Positions 19,665-29,009 of a stretch of 64,000 nucleotides of DNA are shown here, piece by piece. A model generated the notes under the pieces. The model was not told where the DNA came from and ran no database searches. It was given only the letters and a program-made list of their open reading frames with translations. The first letter of the stretch is position 1. Each line of letters starts with the position of its first letter. The translations under genes were made by a program, and so were the position numbers. Source of the DNA: Verrucomicrobiota bacterium (GTDB lineage: Bacteria; Verrucomicrobiota; Verrucomicrobiia; CAIQCK01); NCBI GenBank assembly GCA_026397915.1, contig JAPLTX010000020.1, forward strand, positions 3,299-67,298, given 5' to 3'.

Positions 19665-19913
19665 ATGCCAGCAGAACACCGCTTCCTCAAATTCATCCTC
19701 CCGGCCAAGGCGTTCGCCGCGGTCAAGGCAGGAACCAAGGAGTGGCTTGCGGAGTGCCCCTGTGGCCACAAGCGCGACATCTGGGATTCTGGCGGCGTGC
19801 GCTACAAGGCGGCGGGAGAACCCAGGTGCCTCGGCTATTGCCCCGCCTGTCGCAAGAACACGATGCACAAGATTCGAAAGAAGACGGAAGCCGAGAAACG
19901 AGAGATTCCATGA
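19665..19913 (+). CDS. Small zinc-ribbon protein (hypothetical)
   Basis: 82 aa with Cys clusters ECPCGH and CLGYCPAC followed by a basic C-terminal tail. It sits between the orphan fragment and the S41 protease gene. Confidence 0.45.
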   Translation: MPAEHRFLKFILPAKAFAAVKAGTKEWLAECPCGHKRDIWDSGGVRYKAAGEPRCLGYCPACRKNTMHKIRKKTEAEKREIP

Positions 19914-19999
19914 GGAATCCCATGAACAAGGCGCCGCGCTCCACGGCGGAACCCGCCTGTTTCGGCGGCACCGACGGCAATAACCGTTGGGGGCCGCGT

Positions 20000-21559
20000 A
20001 TGAAAACGCGCGCAGCAATAGTGTTGTTCGTAACGGCGCTCGCCGTCGTCGCATGTGCTGCCGATGGAACAAACACTGCGGTGACTCTTCCTGAGGCGAA
20101 CATCTTTCTAACGGGAAACGAACAGGCCATCATCAATCGGTTCCTGAAGCAGCCGGCCGCACCGGATCCCAAGCGGTTCTCAAACAGCCTGGATCACGCT
20201 ATCGCGGTGTTGGTCGTCAGGGCGGAGCCAAAGCCGGAGGTCATGCGTCTGGCGCGGGCAGCGGTGATTGCGCTCTGCGCAGAATTTGAACGGCAGACGG
20301 GCGGCAAGATCAGCGCGGCTCAGCAGGACACATGGGTCTCCGATTTCTCCCGGACGAAGAGTTTTGATACCGTCGTGAAACGTCTGACGGAACTTGATCC
20401 AAAACCGGCTGACAGGCCCCGGCTGATCAACGCAGGACTCGACGGGATGCTCCGGGCCTCGGGGTGGGACGCTGCGTGCGTTCTTCCTCAGCCCGTCGCG
20501 GACGAGTTGAAAAGAACGCTAAGAGTCCGTGAAACGCCTGCGGAGGAGCGGGGCGTTGTCGGACTGAAACTGGACCGGTGGCCCATGGTGGAGGTTGTGC
20601 CTGCATCCCCGGCTGCCGAGGCTGGGTTGAAAACCGGCGATGCCATTGTCGCGGTCAATGGGAAGGATGTGTCCGATGTCAAAACGATGGCTGATGGGTT
20701 TAAAATCCTTCGAGGTCTTCCGGGCGAAGTTGTGAAACTTGCGGTGCAACGCGAGGACAGGAGATTGGCCTTCGAGGTGACTCGGATCTCCGTCGCCGCG
20801 GCCACGGTGCATGCGCGCGAAGCAGCGCCGGGCGTGCTGCTCATTACAATTCCCACCTTCGAAGGTTCTGGCATAGCAACAAAGGTCAAGAACGTCGTTC
20901 ACACACGGGCTGCAAATCGAACGTCGGTCGTTATCCTTGATCTGCGGGACAACGGAGGAGGACGACCGGAAGAGGCAAACGGTGTCGCGGATGTTTTCCT
21001 GGATGGCAACCTGCTCCAAGTATTGGAGTTCCGAGACGGTGTTCGTGTCGGCTTCAAATCCCATTCGGGCGTCCGGGTCATGCCGCGGCTGATTCTCTTA
21101 ATGAACCGAAACACGGCAAGCGGGGCGGAGATGCTGGCCATGTCGCTGCGGAATAATTCCGCAGCGACTATTGTTGGCGAGAACACGGCTGGAATGCTCT
21201 TCGGCAAAGACGGAGTGGAGTTGACGGGCGGCCAGACCATCGTTTTCCGCAGCCAACCGACGGTGCTCTCGATCACGGGACGCGATTATTCAATGACGGG
21301 AATCCCACCAGACACTCGCATCCGCGACGATAGAAGCGGAGGGAAGGATGACATCCTGCTTCGGGCACTGGCACTGGCAAAACAACCACCCATCACTGTC
21401 CCGAACGAAGCCGATCGCTTGCCGGCCAAACAAGGAGCGGCGGCTACTACCGATGCCACGCTCGCGCCGGTCACTGCCAAAACGGTTGGAGAAGAGGCCG
21501 AAGCCATGAAGAAGTCTTATTGGCCGCGTTACATCCCGCCACCGCTCGCGCCTCTGTGA
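20000..21559 (+). CDS. S41-family C-terminal processing peptidase with PDZ domain (secreted)
   Basis: Signal peptide MKTRAAIVLFVTALAVVACA; PDZ region GLKTGDAIVAVNGKDV; S41 catalytic region ILDLRDNGGG…NRNTASGAEMLA. The longer listed ORF start at 19637 overlaps the zinc-ribbon gene and would bury the signal peptide. Confidence 0.8.
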   Translation: MKTRAAIVLFVTALAVVACAADGTNTAVTLPEANIFLTGNEQAIINRFLKQPAAPDPKRFSNSLDHAIAVLVVRAEPKPEVMRLARAAVIALCAEFERQTGGKISAAQQDTWVSDFSRTKSFDTVVKRLTELDPKPADRPRLINAGLDGMLRASGWDAACVLPQPVADELKRTLRVRETPAEERGVVGLKLDRWPMVEVVPASPAAEAGLKTGDAIVAVNGKDVSDVKTMADGFKILRGLPGEVVKLAVQREDRRLAFEVTRISVAAATVHAREAAPGVLLITIPTFEGSGIATKVKNVVHTRAANRTSVVILDLRDNGGGRPEEANGVADVFLDGNLLQVLEFRDGVRVGFKSHSGVRVMPRLILLMNRNTASGAEMLAMSLRNNSAATIVGENTAGMLFGKDGVELTGGQTIVFRSQPTVLSITGRDYSMTGIPPDTRIRDDRSGGKDDILLRALALAKQPPITVPNEADRLPAKQGAAATTDATLAPVTAKTVGEEAEAMKKSYWPRYIPPPLAPL

Positions 21560-21561
21560 AC

Positions 21562-22044
21562 ATGAAATCATCCAATCTCATCATCAAATATGTTCCCCGC
21601 GTTGTGGCCTTGCTCATGGCATCAACGATTTACGCCGGGGACGATCCCCTCGCCAAGCCGTTCACTGGCCATTGGGAGGGCAGCGCCCAGATCGCTGCAA
21701 ATTGGTGCAAGCAGCGGCAACTGGCCGTGGCGATTGACATTCATCCCGATGGCAGCGTCACCGGCAAGGTCGGCGATGCCACGCTTGCCAATGCGCGCTT
21801 CAGCAGCAATCGCAGCTGGCTCGGCCGCGCGTTGGGTCTTTTCAGCGATTACATCGTCCGGGGCGACTTGAACGGCCCCATCGTGGTGGCGGACAAGGTC
21901 ACGCGTGTCGGCGTGACCATCCCGCTGGATGTTGACGGCGATAGTTTCGTCGGCGCCGTCCACTCCAGCGGCTCAAAAGCGGCTGCCGCCATCGAGGATC
22001 GAAGGCTGACCGCCTTGTCGTTGAAGCTCGTCCGCAAGCAATGA
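21562..22044 (+). CDS. Secreted hypothetical protein
   Basis: Begins 3 nt after the S41 stop; N-terminal hydrophobic signal region (VVALLMASTIYAGDD); 160 aa; no recognisable domain. Confidence 0.55.
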   Translation: MKSSNLIIKYVPRVVALLMASTIYAGDDPLAKPFTGHWEGSAQIAANWCKQRQLAVAIDIHPDGSVTGKVGDATLANARFSSNRSWLGRALGLFSDYIVRGDLNGPIVVADKVTRVGVTIPLDVDGDSFVGAVHSSGSKAAAAIEDRRLTALSLKLVRKQ

Positions 22045-22058
22045 AAGGAGACCCGCAC

Positions 22059-22475
22059 ATGAGAACCCTGACCGCAGCCCTGCTCACCGTGACGATGTTC
22101 ACCGCCGTCGCGCAGGCCGCTGAAGACAAACCCGTCACTGTTGAGAGTATGCCGCCGTCGGTGATGAAGACCGTGCCGCAAGCCGGTGACACGGCGGTAG
22201 ACCCGGCTTTGAAGGAAATCAGCGTCACGTTCAGCAAAGACATGATGACGAACCGAATGTGGGCCATCTGCCAGATTTCGGACGAGATGTTTCCTGGAAA
22301 AGGCGCGGGTGAGATTCACTATCTTGCCGACAAGAGGTCGTGCGTGTTCCCCGTGAAACTCCAGCCGGGAAAGACCTACGTGCTCTGGTTCAATCGCGGC
22401 AAGTTCAACAGCTTTCGCGACACCAATAACAACCCGGCCGTGCCTTACCAACTCGTGTTCCAGACCAGGAAGTGA
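22059..22475 (+). CDS. Small secreted hypothetical protein (paralogous start to the 17057 gene)
   Basis: AAGGAG Shine-Dalgarno 8 nt upstream of ATG 22059 and signal peptide MRTLTAALLTVTMFTAVAQAAEDKP. The start context is nearly identical to 17039-17060. Confidence 0.6.
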   Translation: MRTLTAALLTVTMFTAVAQAAEDKPVTVESMPPSVMKTVPQAGDTAVDPALKEISVTFSKDMMTNRMWAICQISDEMFPGKGAGEIHYLADKRSCVFPVKLQPGKTYVLWFNRGKFNSFRDTNNNPAVPYQLVFQTRK

Positions 22476-23218
22476 GCGACGCCGAAACCAAACCAACGCC
22501 GCTCGCCGTGGACGCGGGCTTTGTCACCACGCGGTGGACTCATGTGCTTGCGGCGGGGCGCAAGAGTTCGCCGCAGGCCGATGTTGCGTTGGAGGAACTC
22601 TGCCGCATCTACTGGTATCCGCTCTACGCCTACGTCCGCCGGCACGGCCACTCGAAGGAGGACGCCGAGGACCTCACACAGGCGTTTTTCGAGCGGTTTC
22701 TCCAGAAGAACTACCTCGAAGGGCTGAGCAGCGAACGCGGCCGGTTTCGCGCGTTCCTGCTGGCGGCGCTGAAACATTTCCTCGCCAACGAATGGGACCG
22801 CGCCGGCCGCCAGAAGCGAGGCGCGCACGCCACGCATCTCTCGCTCGACTGGCGCGACGCCGACACGCGCTACCAGCTTGACCTCCGCGACGACGTCAGC
22901 CCCGACAAGCTCTACGATCGCGCGTGGGCGGTGGCGTTGCTGGAGCGCGTTGTGGGCCGGCTCCGCGACGAGTGCGTCGCCGAAGGGAAGGCGGAATTGT
23001 TCGCGCAACTGAAACCGATGCTGATGGCGGACAAGTCGGCGATCTCCTATCCGCAAGCCGCCGCCACGCTGGGCATCTCAGAGGAAGCGGCGCGTGTGAC
23101 AGTGCATCGCCTGCGCCGGCGCTACCGCGCCCTGTTGCGCGAGGAGATCGCCCAGACGCTCGCCGAGCCGGCGCGGGTCGAGGAGGAAATGCGGACGCTG
23201 TTTGCGGCGTTCGAGTAG
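22472..23218 (+). CDS. ECF-type RNA polymerase sigma factor (Planctomycetes/Verrucomicrobia-type sigma-70 ECF subfamily)
   Basis: GTG start overlapping the upstream stop; region-2-like DLTQAFFERFL and a region-4 HTH (AISYPQAAATLGISEEAARVTVHRLRRRYR); 248 aa. Confidence 0.8.
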   Translation: MSDAETKPTPLAVDAGFVTTRWTHVLAAGRKSSPQADVALEELCRIYWYPLYAYVRRHGHSKEDAEDLTQAFFERFLQKNYLEGLSSERGRFRAFLLAALKHFLANEWDRAGRQKRGAHATHLSLDWRDADTRYQLDLRDDVSPDKLYDRAWAVALLERVVGRLRDECVAEGKAELFAQLKPMLMADKSAISYPQAAATLGISEEAARVTVHRLRRRYRALLREEIAQTLAEPARVEEEMRTLFAAFE

Positions 23219-23329
23219 GTGGAGTGAGACTCCGTCGAGCCATGCTTGTCAAGGAATGCGAAGGCTCGACCGAGTCTCGCGTCATCGTTATGCTGGCTTT
23301 GGTTCAGAAGTGACTGAAAGGAAAACCGT

Positions 23330-24241
23330 ATGAGAATCGGGTTGTTTGTCGTATTGGGTGGTTTGGCTGTGATTGCTCTCGCTCTCTCGCTGCACTTAAT
23401 CATGGTCAAGCCGGTCGCTGCGCCTGCTCCCGCGCCTGAGCCGGCTCGCACGGCACCCGCGGCGCTGCATCCTGCCAAGCTACAGCACGTGATCGCGCAG
23501 CAGAGCAATGAAATCCGGCGGTTGAAGAAAGAGAAGTCGGCGCTGCTTTCCGAGATCGAGCAGCAAGTCACGGATTTGGCCAAGCCTGAGCCGCGGCCCG
23601 CCCGCGCTGGCGACCAAACTGCTGCGCCGCGACCAGCCGGCATGGGCAAGATGATCGCCGTTGCGGTCCGGCAGCAGGCCGAGATGAAGATGGCCGCGCT
23701 GAAATCCCGCCTGCACCTGACCGACGAGCAAGCCGCCGCCGTTCAGGAATTACTGAAGAAGCAAACCGACCAAAGCGTGGAGATGGCCTCGAAGATGTTC
23801 GAGGGCAAGCTGACCGCAGAGGACATGAGTTCGCGACCAAAGCTCGACTTCGATGGTCAGCTCAAGCAGATGCTCAACGCCGACCAGTGGACAGGGTATC
23901 AACAATACAAGACCGAGGAGCAGCAGCGGCAAGTCCAGATGGCGAGCCAGGCGGAGGTGATGCAGATCTCGTCTATGCTCCAACTCAGCGCACAACAACA
24001 GGAACAGGTTACTAGCGTTCTCCACCAGCAATACCAGCAAATGATGGCCCAGCAGCCCGACGCCGGTTTGCCGACACCCGATTCCATCCAACTGGTAGAA
24101 CAAATGTTCAACGCCAAGAAGGAGGCACTTCGTGCCGTGTTGACGCCGGAACAAATGCAGAGCTACGAGAAGTTTGTCGAGAGCCAGCGCGAGATGGTCA
24201 AGTCCATGATACCGCAGAGCCAGACATCACCCGCGCCGTGA
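23330..24241 (+). CDS. Membrane-anchored coiled-coil protein with LTXXQ motifs (Spy/CpxP-like)
   Basis: N-terminal TM helix, two LTxEQ motifs (LTDEQAAAVQELLKK, LTPEQMQSYEKFVE), and a Q/E-rich helical remainder. Confidence 0.55.
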   Translation: MRIGLFVVLGGLAVIALALSLHLIMVKPVAAPAPAPEPARTAPAALHPAKLQHVIAQQSNEIRRLKKEKSALLSEIEQQVTDLAKPEPRPARAGDQTAAPRPAGMGKMIAVAVRQQAEMKMAALKSRLHLTDEQAAAVQELLKKQTDQSVEMASKMFEGKLTAEDMSSRPKLDFDGQLKQMLNADQWTGYQQYKTEEQQRQVQMASQAEVMQISSMLQLSAQQQEQVTSVLHQQYQQMMAQQPDAGLPTPDSIQLVEQMFNAKKEALRAVLTPEQMQSYEKFVESQREMVKSMIPQSQTSPAP

Positions 24242-24339
24242 TGCCGGCCGGCGATAACGATTGCGTTGTTTCTGGCGCCGGGAACGCGCGTGAAGTTCCT
24301 TGAACTCTGTCCGCCGATGGAAACAATCTCCCGAAAGCC

Positions 24340-25650
24340 ATGATCACTCCGGAAAGCACCGTCATCGCCAACCTCGGTTCCCGAAACATTCCATCGCCGC
24401 TGCGACTTGTGGCACATCGCGGCGAAGGCGTCGGGCTGTTCGTGCCTGACGACGCGCGCGTTCGTTATCAGGTCGAGTGCGGGACCGGCGATGATCTGCC
24501 CGACAACATTTTCTTCGAGAAGGCCGGGCCGCGGGAGAAGTTGTTCTTCGATCCGAAGGAAACCCGTGCCGCCATCGTCACCTGCGGCGGCATTTGCCCG
24601 GGGCTGAACAACGTCATCCGCTCGGCGTTCCTCGAACTCCATTACAACTACGGTGTGAAAAAAGTCCTGGGCATCCGCTATGGCTACGCCGGGCTGAACC
24701 CGAAGGTCGGCCTGCCGCCAACCGAACTGACGCCGGAGATGGTTTCCAGCATTCATGAGGACGGTGGCACGATGCTCGGCTCGTCGCGCGGGCCGCAGCC
24801 CACGGATGTCATCGTGGATTTTCTCGTCGCGCAGAAGATCAACATCCTGCTCTGCACCGGTGGCGACGGCACGCTACGCGGCGCGCGCGACATTGCGGCG
24901 GAGGCGCAGAAGCGCGAGTTGCCCATAGCGGTGGTGGGCATTCCCAAGACCATTGACAACGACGTGATGTATATCACCCGCACCTTCGGCGTGGTGACGG
25001 CCGTCGAAAAAGCGCGCGCCGTTCTGGACTGCGCGCACCACGAGGCGCACAGCGCGTTCAACGGCGTTGGCCTCGTGAAAGTCATGGGACGCGACGCGGG
25101 CTTCATTGCCGCCGGGGCCACGCTCGCCAGCCAGGACGTCAACTTCTGCCTCATTCCCGAAGTGCCCTTCGCGCTCGAAGGACCGGGCGGTTTTCTCGAG
25201 GCGCTTCGCCGTTACCTCGCCAGCAGCCGCCACGCGGTCGTCGTCGTTGCCGAAGGCGCCGGGCAGGAACTGCTCAAGAATCTGCCGGCGGAAAAGGACG
25301 CGTCGGGCAACAAGCGTCACGCCGACATCGGTCCGTTCCTGAAAGACCAGATCACGGCGTGGTTCAAGCAGATCAACATGCCGGTGGATGTGAAGTATTT
25401 CGACCCCAGTTACTACATCCGCAGCGCCCCGGCGAACTGCGACGACGCGGTGTTGTGCGACCAACTGGCGCGCAAGGCCGTCCATGCCGCGATGGCAGGC
25501 AAGACCAACATGGTCGTCGGCTTCTGGAACGGGACGTTGACGCACCTGCCGATTTCGCTGGCTGTCAGTCGGAAGAAGCAGGTGGACCCCGAGGGCGTCG
25601 TCTGGACCAGCGTGCTCGCTGCCACAGGACAGCCGCGACGATTTGTTTGA
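24340..25650 (+). CDS. pfkA: 6-phosphofructokinase (long ~430-aa PFK-A family member)
   Basis: CGGICPGLNNVI, TGGDGTLRGA and IPKTIDND motifs of the PFK-A family. Confidence 0.88.
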   Translation: MITPESTVIANLGSRNIPSPLRLVAHRGEGVGLFVPDDARVRYQVECGTGDDLPDNIFFEKAGPREKLFFDPKETRAAIVTCGGICPGLNNVIRSAFLELHYNYGVKKVLGIRYGYAGLNPKVGLPPTELTPEMVSSIHEDGGTMLGSSRGPQPTDVIVDFLVAQKINILLCTGGDGTLRGARDIAAEAQKRELPIAVVGIPKTIDNDVMYITRTFGVVTAVEKARAVLDCAHHEAHSAFNGVGLVKVMGRDAGFIAAGATLASQDVNFCLIPEVPFALEGPGGFLEALRRYLASSRHAVVVVAEGAGQELLKNLPAEKDASGNKRHADIGPFLKDQITAWFKQINMPVDVKYFDPSYYIRSAPANCDDAVLCDQLARKAVHAAMAGKTNMVVGFWNGTLTHLPISLAVSRKKQVDPEGVVWTSVLAATGQPRRFV

Positions 25651-25919
25651 ACTTTCCGACGGCCACCGCTAGCAATCAACAACACCGGGCGGTTCGTTCC
25701 TGCAACGAGTGTTTCGTCTATCACGAGATCAACGTCACGCACCTTGCGCGCTACTGGCAATTGGCTGGCCGTCGCGCGGCGCGACCTCGTGCTGGCGAGC
25801 GGGCCATATCATCCGAACAACACCGAGCCGGACGGAGTGCCGGCGAAGTCACACATCGTGTTGAGTGCCGAGGCGAAGGGGAAACGATAACCGGTTCTGG
25901 TTCGTGGATGCGCTTCACC

Positions 25920-28900
25920 TTATCGTTTGAGGGTGCCAAAGCACGCTACTTGGCCACCTTCGAGGGTGATGATGATGCGGCCGTCGCGGTTGATGGCGAG
26001 ACCCCACGGCACCGGTGGCGCTTGCAGCGGTTGGGTCCAGAGAACTTTGCCGTCCTGCAAATCATGCGCGACCAGTTCTGACGGTTTCGCAATCACGACG
26101 GCGTTCGGGGCGACGGCAAGGGCGATGATGTCTTTGCACTTGTTTGCCCAGAGCGGCGCGAGGGCGGGGAGTCTCGGATTGCCCCAAGATGAGAGAATCT
26201 TTTCGGTGATGGTCGGCAGATCATTGCGCGCAAAGCCCATCAGCGCGGAACTGTTCACCCAGGCGATAGCGCGGTCGCCCGCCGCCGCCAGCAAGGTTTT
26301 GTTCACGACGGTGTTGTCATAGACCGCGTATTTCGGGTGGGCGTAGAGAGGTTTGCCGCCGACTCTCACTTCGTTACCGAGCCGATACAACTCGCTGCCG
26401 CGCGGGCTGACAGAGCCGGGCACGTTGTTCTTTGACACCTGATGCATCACCGCCGGGTTGTTGAGACAGCGGCCGTCGGCGATGTCGTAGATGGCAGGTG
26501 AGACGGCGTTGCCGCCGGCGAGGTAGAGCTTGCCGGCAACCACCATCATGTGGCCCTGCGCGCTGACGCCGGTGCGCGCTTCGGCGTCGAGATGGCCGGA
26601 GGTGTTGTTTTGCCATTTGATGCGGCCCGTAGCGGCATCGAGCGCATAGACGTGCGTGCCGTCGTAGTTGACGATGCCAGCCGCGACGTAGGCGACGCCG
26701 TCAACCACGAGCACGCCGCTGGCGACGGGCCAGGTGGATTGCAGGGAGCCATAGACGGGAATGCGTCGCTCCACCGGCGCGGCGCGGAACCGCCATAGCG
26801 GCCGGCCCATCGCCGCATCGAAGCAGTAAACGTAGCCGTCGCCGGAACCGACAAACGCGCGGCCCTGCCAGATCGTCGGCGGATAGCGCACGTCGCCACA
26901 AGTATAACCTTTCCAGCGCAGCTTTCCTGTAGTGGCGCTGAGCGCGCGGACGATACCGTCGGACCCACCGTAGAACACTAGGTCACCCGCCGTGGTTGGC
27001 GCGGTCGGTGTGAACGGCGCGGCCGGATCGTCCTGCCATTTGCAGTGCGGCGCGGTGGGGATCGTTGCGCTGGTCGTCACCGTGGCGGAGTTGTTCGCGC
27101 GAAACGCGGGCCAGTCGTCGGGCGATTCGTCGAAGGCCGCGAATTTGTCGTCGCTGGCGCTGAACCGCTCCAGTCGCTCCGACTCGACGGCCTTGCGGTT
27201 GAAGTCGAAGTTGCCCGCCGGGCCGAGGCAGGTGATGCCATACAACGTCAGGTTGCAATCGCATGTGGACGGCCACCAGTAGAGCAGGCCGTTGCCGATG
27301 GTCACGCCGTCGTGACACTGCGCGCGCATCGGTGAGATGAGTTGCGGGTGGTTGCTGGCGCGGTCGAGCCGCGTCGAACCTTCGCCGGCGCGGCAGAAGA
27401 TGGCGTCCGCCGAGCCGGTGACGCGTGAACACGCCCGCCGACCCAGCGGAATCTCGGCGAGGATCTTGCCCGTCAGCAGATCGAATTTCCGCGTCGGATC
27501 CTGGTCAATCTGTCCGCTCAAGCCGTAGAGGCCGTCGTCGCAGATCACGAGTTGGTAGTTGTTGTAAGGATGCTCCCACAACATGCTGCCGTCCTCGGCC
27601 GACACGGCGAGGAGCCTGCTGACCGGTGGCCCGGCGAAGTAGAGCGCCTTGTCGCTGCACCGGAGGTAAGCCGTCGTGCGCCAGTTCGTGCGCCAGTCCT
27701 GGCGCGGCAGGTATTCGCCCAGCGCGTTGAACAGCGCGGTCGCATTGTCTTTCGTCTTCCGCCACTGTTCCTTGCCGGTCTTCGCATCGAGGCACGTCAG
27801 ATACGAACCGAAGCGAAACGCAAAGATGCGCCCGCTCTTCATGCAAAGCGCGCGGCTGTCCATCGGCTCCGTTTCGCGATGCCGCCACAACACCTTCTTC
27901 GTCTTCGGGTCAATCGCCAACAGCGTCTGCCCGAAGCCCCACGAGTGCTCCGGTTTGTTGTAGCCCGGCGACAACGGATTCCATGGCCAGCCGTGCGTCT
28001 CGCGCTTGGCGCGGATGACCGGGTCGCGCTCCTCCTGCTCGCCGATCAGCGCATAGAGCACGCCGCCTTCCAGCGCCATCCATTTCCAAAACGTGCCGCC
28101 GGCCGTCTTGGCGGGAGGCGCAATCTCGCCACGCAACTTGCCTGTCGCTGCGTCGAGGATTTTGCACGACTTGTCGTCGCCGAAGTAAACGACCGTTGGC
28201 GTAGCAATGAGTGTGCTGCGATGCACCATCAGCGCCGGTGGAATCTCACGCCGCCACAGCAGCGTGCCGTTGTAGCCGTTGAACGCTGCGAGCGTGTCGA
28301 GCCACGGCTCCTCGCGCTCTTTGAAGGCAATGTGGCCGAACGCCTTGAACACACGCCCCCCCGACGCCACCGCCACCTGCGGCAACGGCGCGTAGCGCGG
28401 CTCAGCCAGAAACTGCGTGAGATACGGCGCGCGGGCGACGGTGTCGCGCGAGAGCGGGTTGTTGTCCGGGCTGTGGTAGTAGTGGCTCCAATCATCCACG
28501 CCGGCCGGAACCGGCTTCACCAGCTTTTTGCCGCCGAGCCGCGCCACCGCCTGTGGACGCAGGACGCGAAGCGCCTCGGTTTCCGGCATCGCAGCGGCAT
28601 CACCGACAGCTACCAGCGCGTCGGCGATGTTGTCGGCAAGATGCAGCTTCGCGATCGGCCCACTCTCGACGAGAACGCGCGTCCCACAAAGGCCCGCTGC
28701 GTCCACCCGCCACCGCGCCCGCTCCGCCACGCCGGCGTCCGGCAACTGGACATAGACCAGCAGTTCTGTTTGCTTTGCCAGCTTAATGGCTAGATCGCAC
28801 TTCGGATCACCCAGCACCACGCAAATACCGCGAGTGACGCCGACGTCGGGAGGTTTTTCCACAGGTGGTGCGGCGGTAGATGAGTGGAGGCAAAACGCAA

Positions 28901-28940
28901 AGGCGACTGGCAGGAGCGACCATGTTAAAGGCTTCATAGC
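25920..28940 (-). CDS. Large secreted PQQ-repeat beta-propeller protein
   Basis: Signal peptide MKPLTWSLLPVAFAFCLHSS, then ~1000 aa with many TGKxLW / YxxDxxTG propeller repeats. Confidence 0.75.
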   Translation of the reverse strand, partial: AMKPLTWSLLPVAFAFCLHSSTAAPPVEKPPDVGVTRGICVVLGDPKCDLAIKLAKQTELLVYVQLPDAGVAERARWRVDAAGLCGTRVLVESGPIAKLHLADNIADALVAVGDAAAMPETEALRVLRPQAVARLGGKKLVKPVPAGVDDWSHYYHSPDNNPLSRDTVARAPYLTQFLAEPRYAPLPQVAVASGGRVFKAFGHIAFKEREEPWLDTLAAFNGYNGTLLWRREIPPALMVHRSTLIATPTVVYFGDDKSCKILDAATGKLRGEIAPPAKTAGGTFWKWMALEGGVLYALIGEQEERDPVIRAKRETHGWPWNPLSPGYNKPEHSWGFGQTLLAIDPKTKKVLWRHRETEPMDSRALCMKSGRIFAFRFGSYLTCLDAKTGKEQWRKTKDNATALFNALGEYLPRQDWRTNWRTTAYLRCSDKALYFAGPPVSRLLAVSAEDGSMLWEHPYNNYQLVICDDGLYGLSGQIDQDPTRKFDLLTGKILAEIPLGRRACSRVTGSADAIFCRAGEGSTRLDRASNHPQLISPMRAQCHDGVTIGNGLLYWWPSTCDCNLTLYGITCLGPAGNFDFNRKAVESERLERFSASDDKFAAFDESPDDWPAFRANNSATVTTSATIPTAPHCKWQDDPAAPFTPTAPTTAGDLVFYGGSDGIVRALSATTGKLRWKGYTCGDVRYPPTIWQGRAFVGSGDGYVYCFDAAMGRPLWRFRAAPVERRIPVYGSLQSTWPVASGVLVVDGVAYVAAGIVNYDGTHVYALDAATGRIKWQNNTSGHLDAEARTGVSAQGHMMVVAGKLYLAGGNAVSPAIYDIADGRCLNNPAVMHQVSKNNVPGSVSPRGSELYRLGNEVRVGGKPLYAHPKYAVYDNTVVNKTLLAAAGDRAIAWVNSSALMGFARNDLPTITEKILSSWGNPRLPALAPLWANKCKDIIALAVAPNAVVIAKPSELVAHDLQDGKVLWTQPLQAPPVPWGLAINRDGRIIITLEGGQVACFGTLKR

Positions 28941-29009
28941 TCTTTCTCCGTGACGACGGTTTATACCAGCGCGCCGCACCAGTAGCGAGAATTTACACGA
29001 CCGACCCGA

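Noticed and set aside
19637-19999. Long N-terminal extension of the S41 peptidase ORF (listed 19637..21559)
   Set aside because: It overlaps the zinc-ribbon ORF in another frame and is Arg/Gly-rich and low-complexity. It would also place the clear signal peptide (MKTRAAIVLFVTALAVVACA) internally, so the start at 20000 is preferred.
23228-23275. Inverted repeat GAGACTCCGTCGAGCC…GGCTCGACCGAGTCTC after the ECF sigma gene
   Set aside because: It is probably just the transcription terminator or stabiliser of the sigma operon. It has one mismatch and no U-tract, and nothing else distinguishes it.
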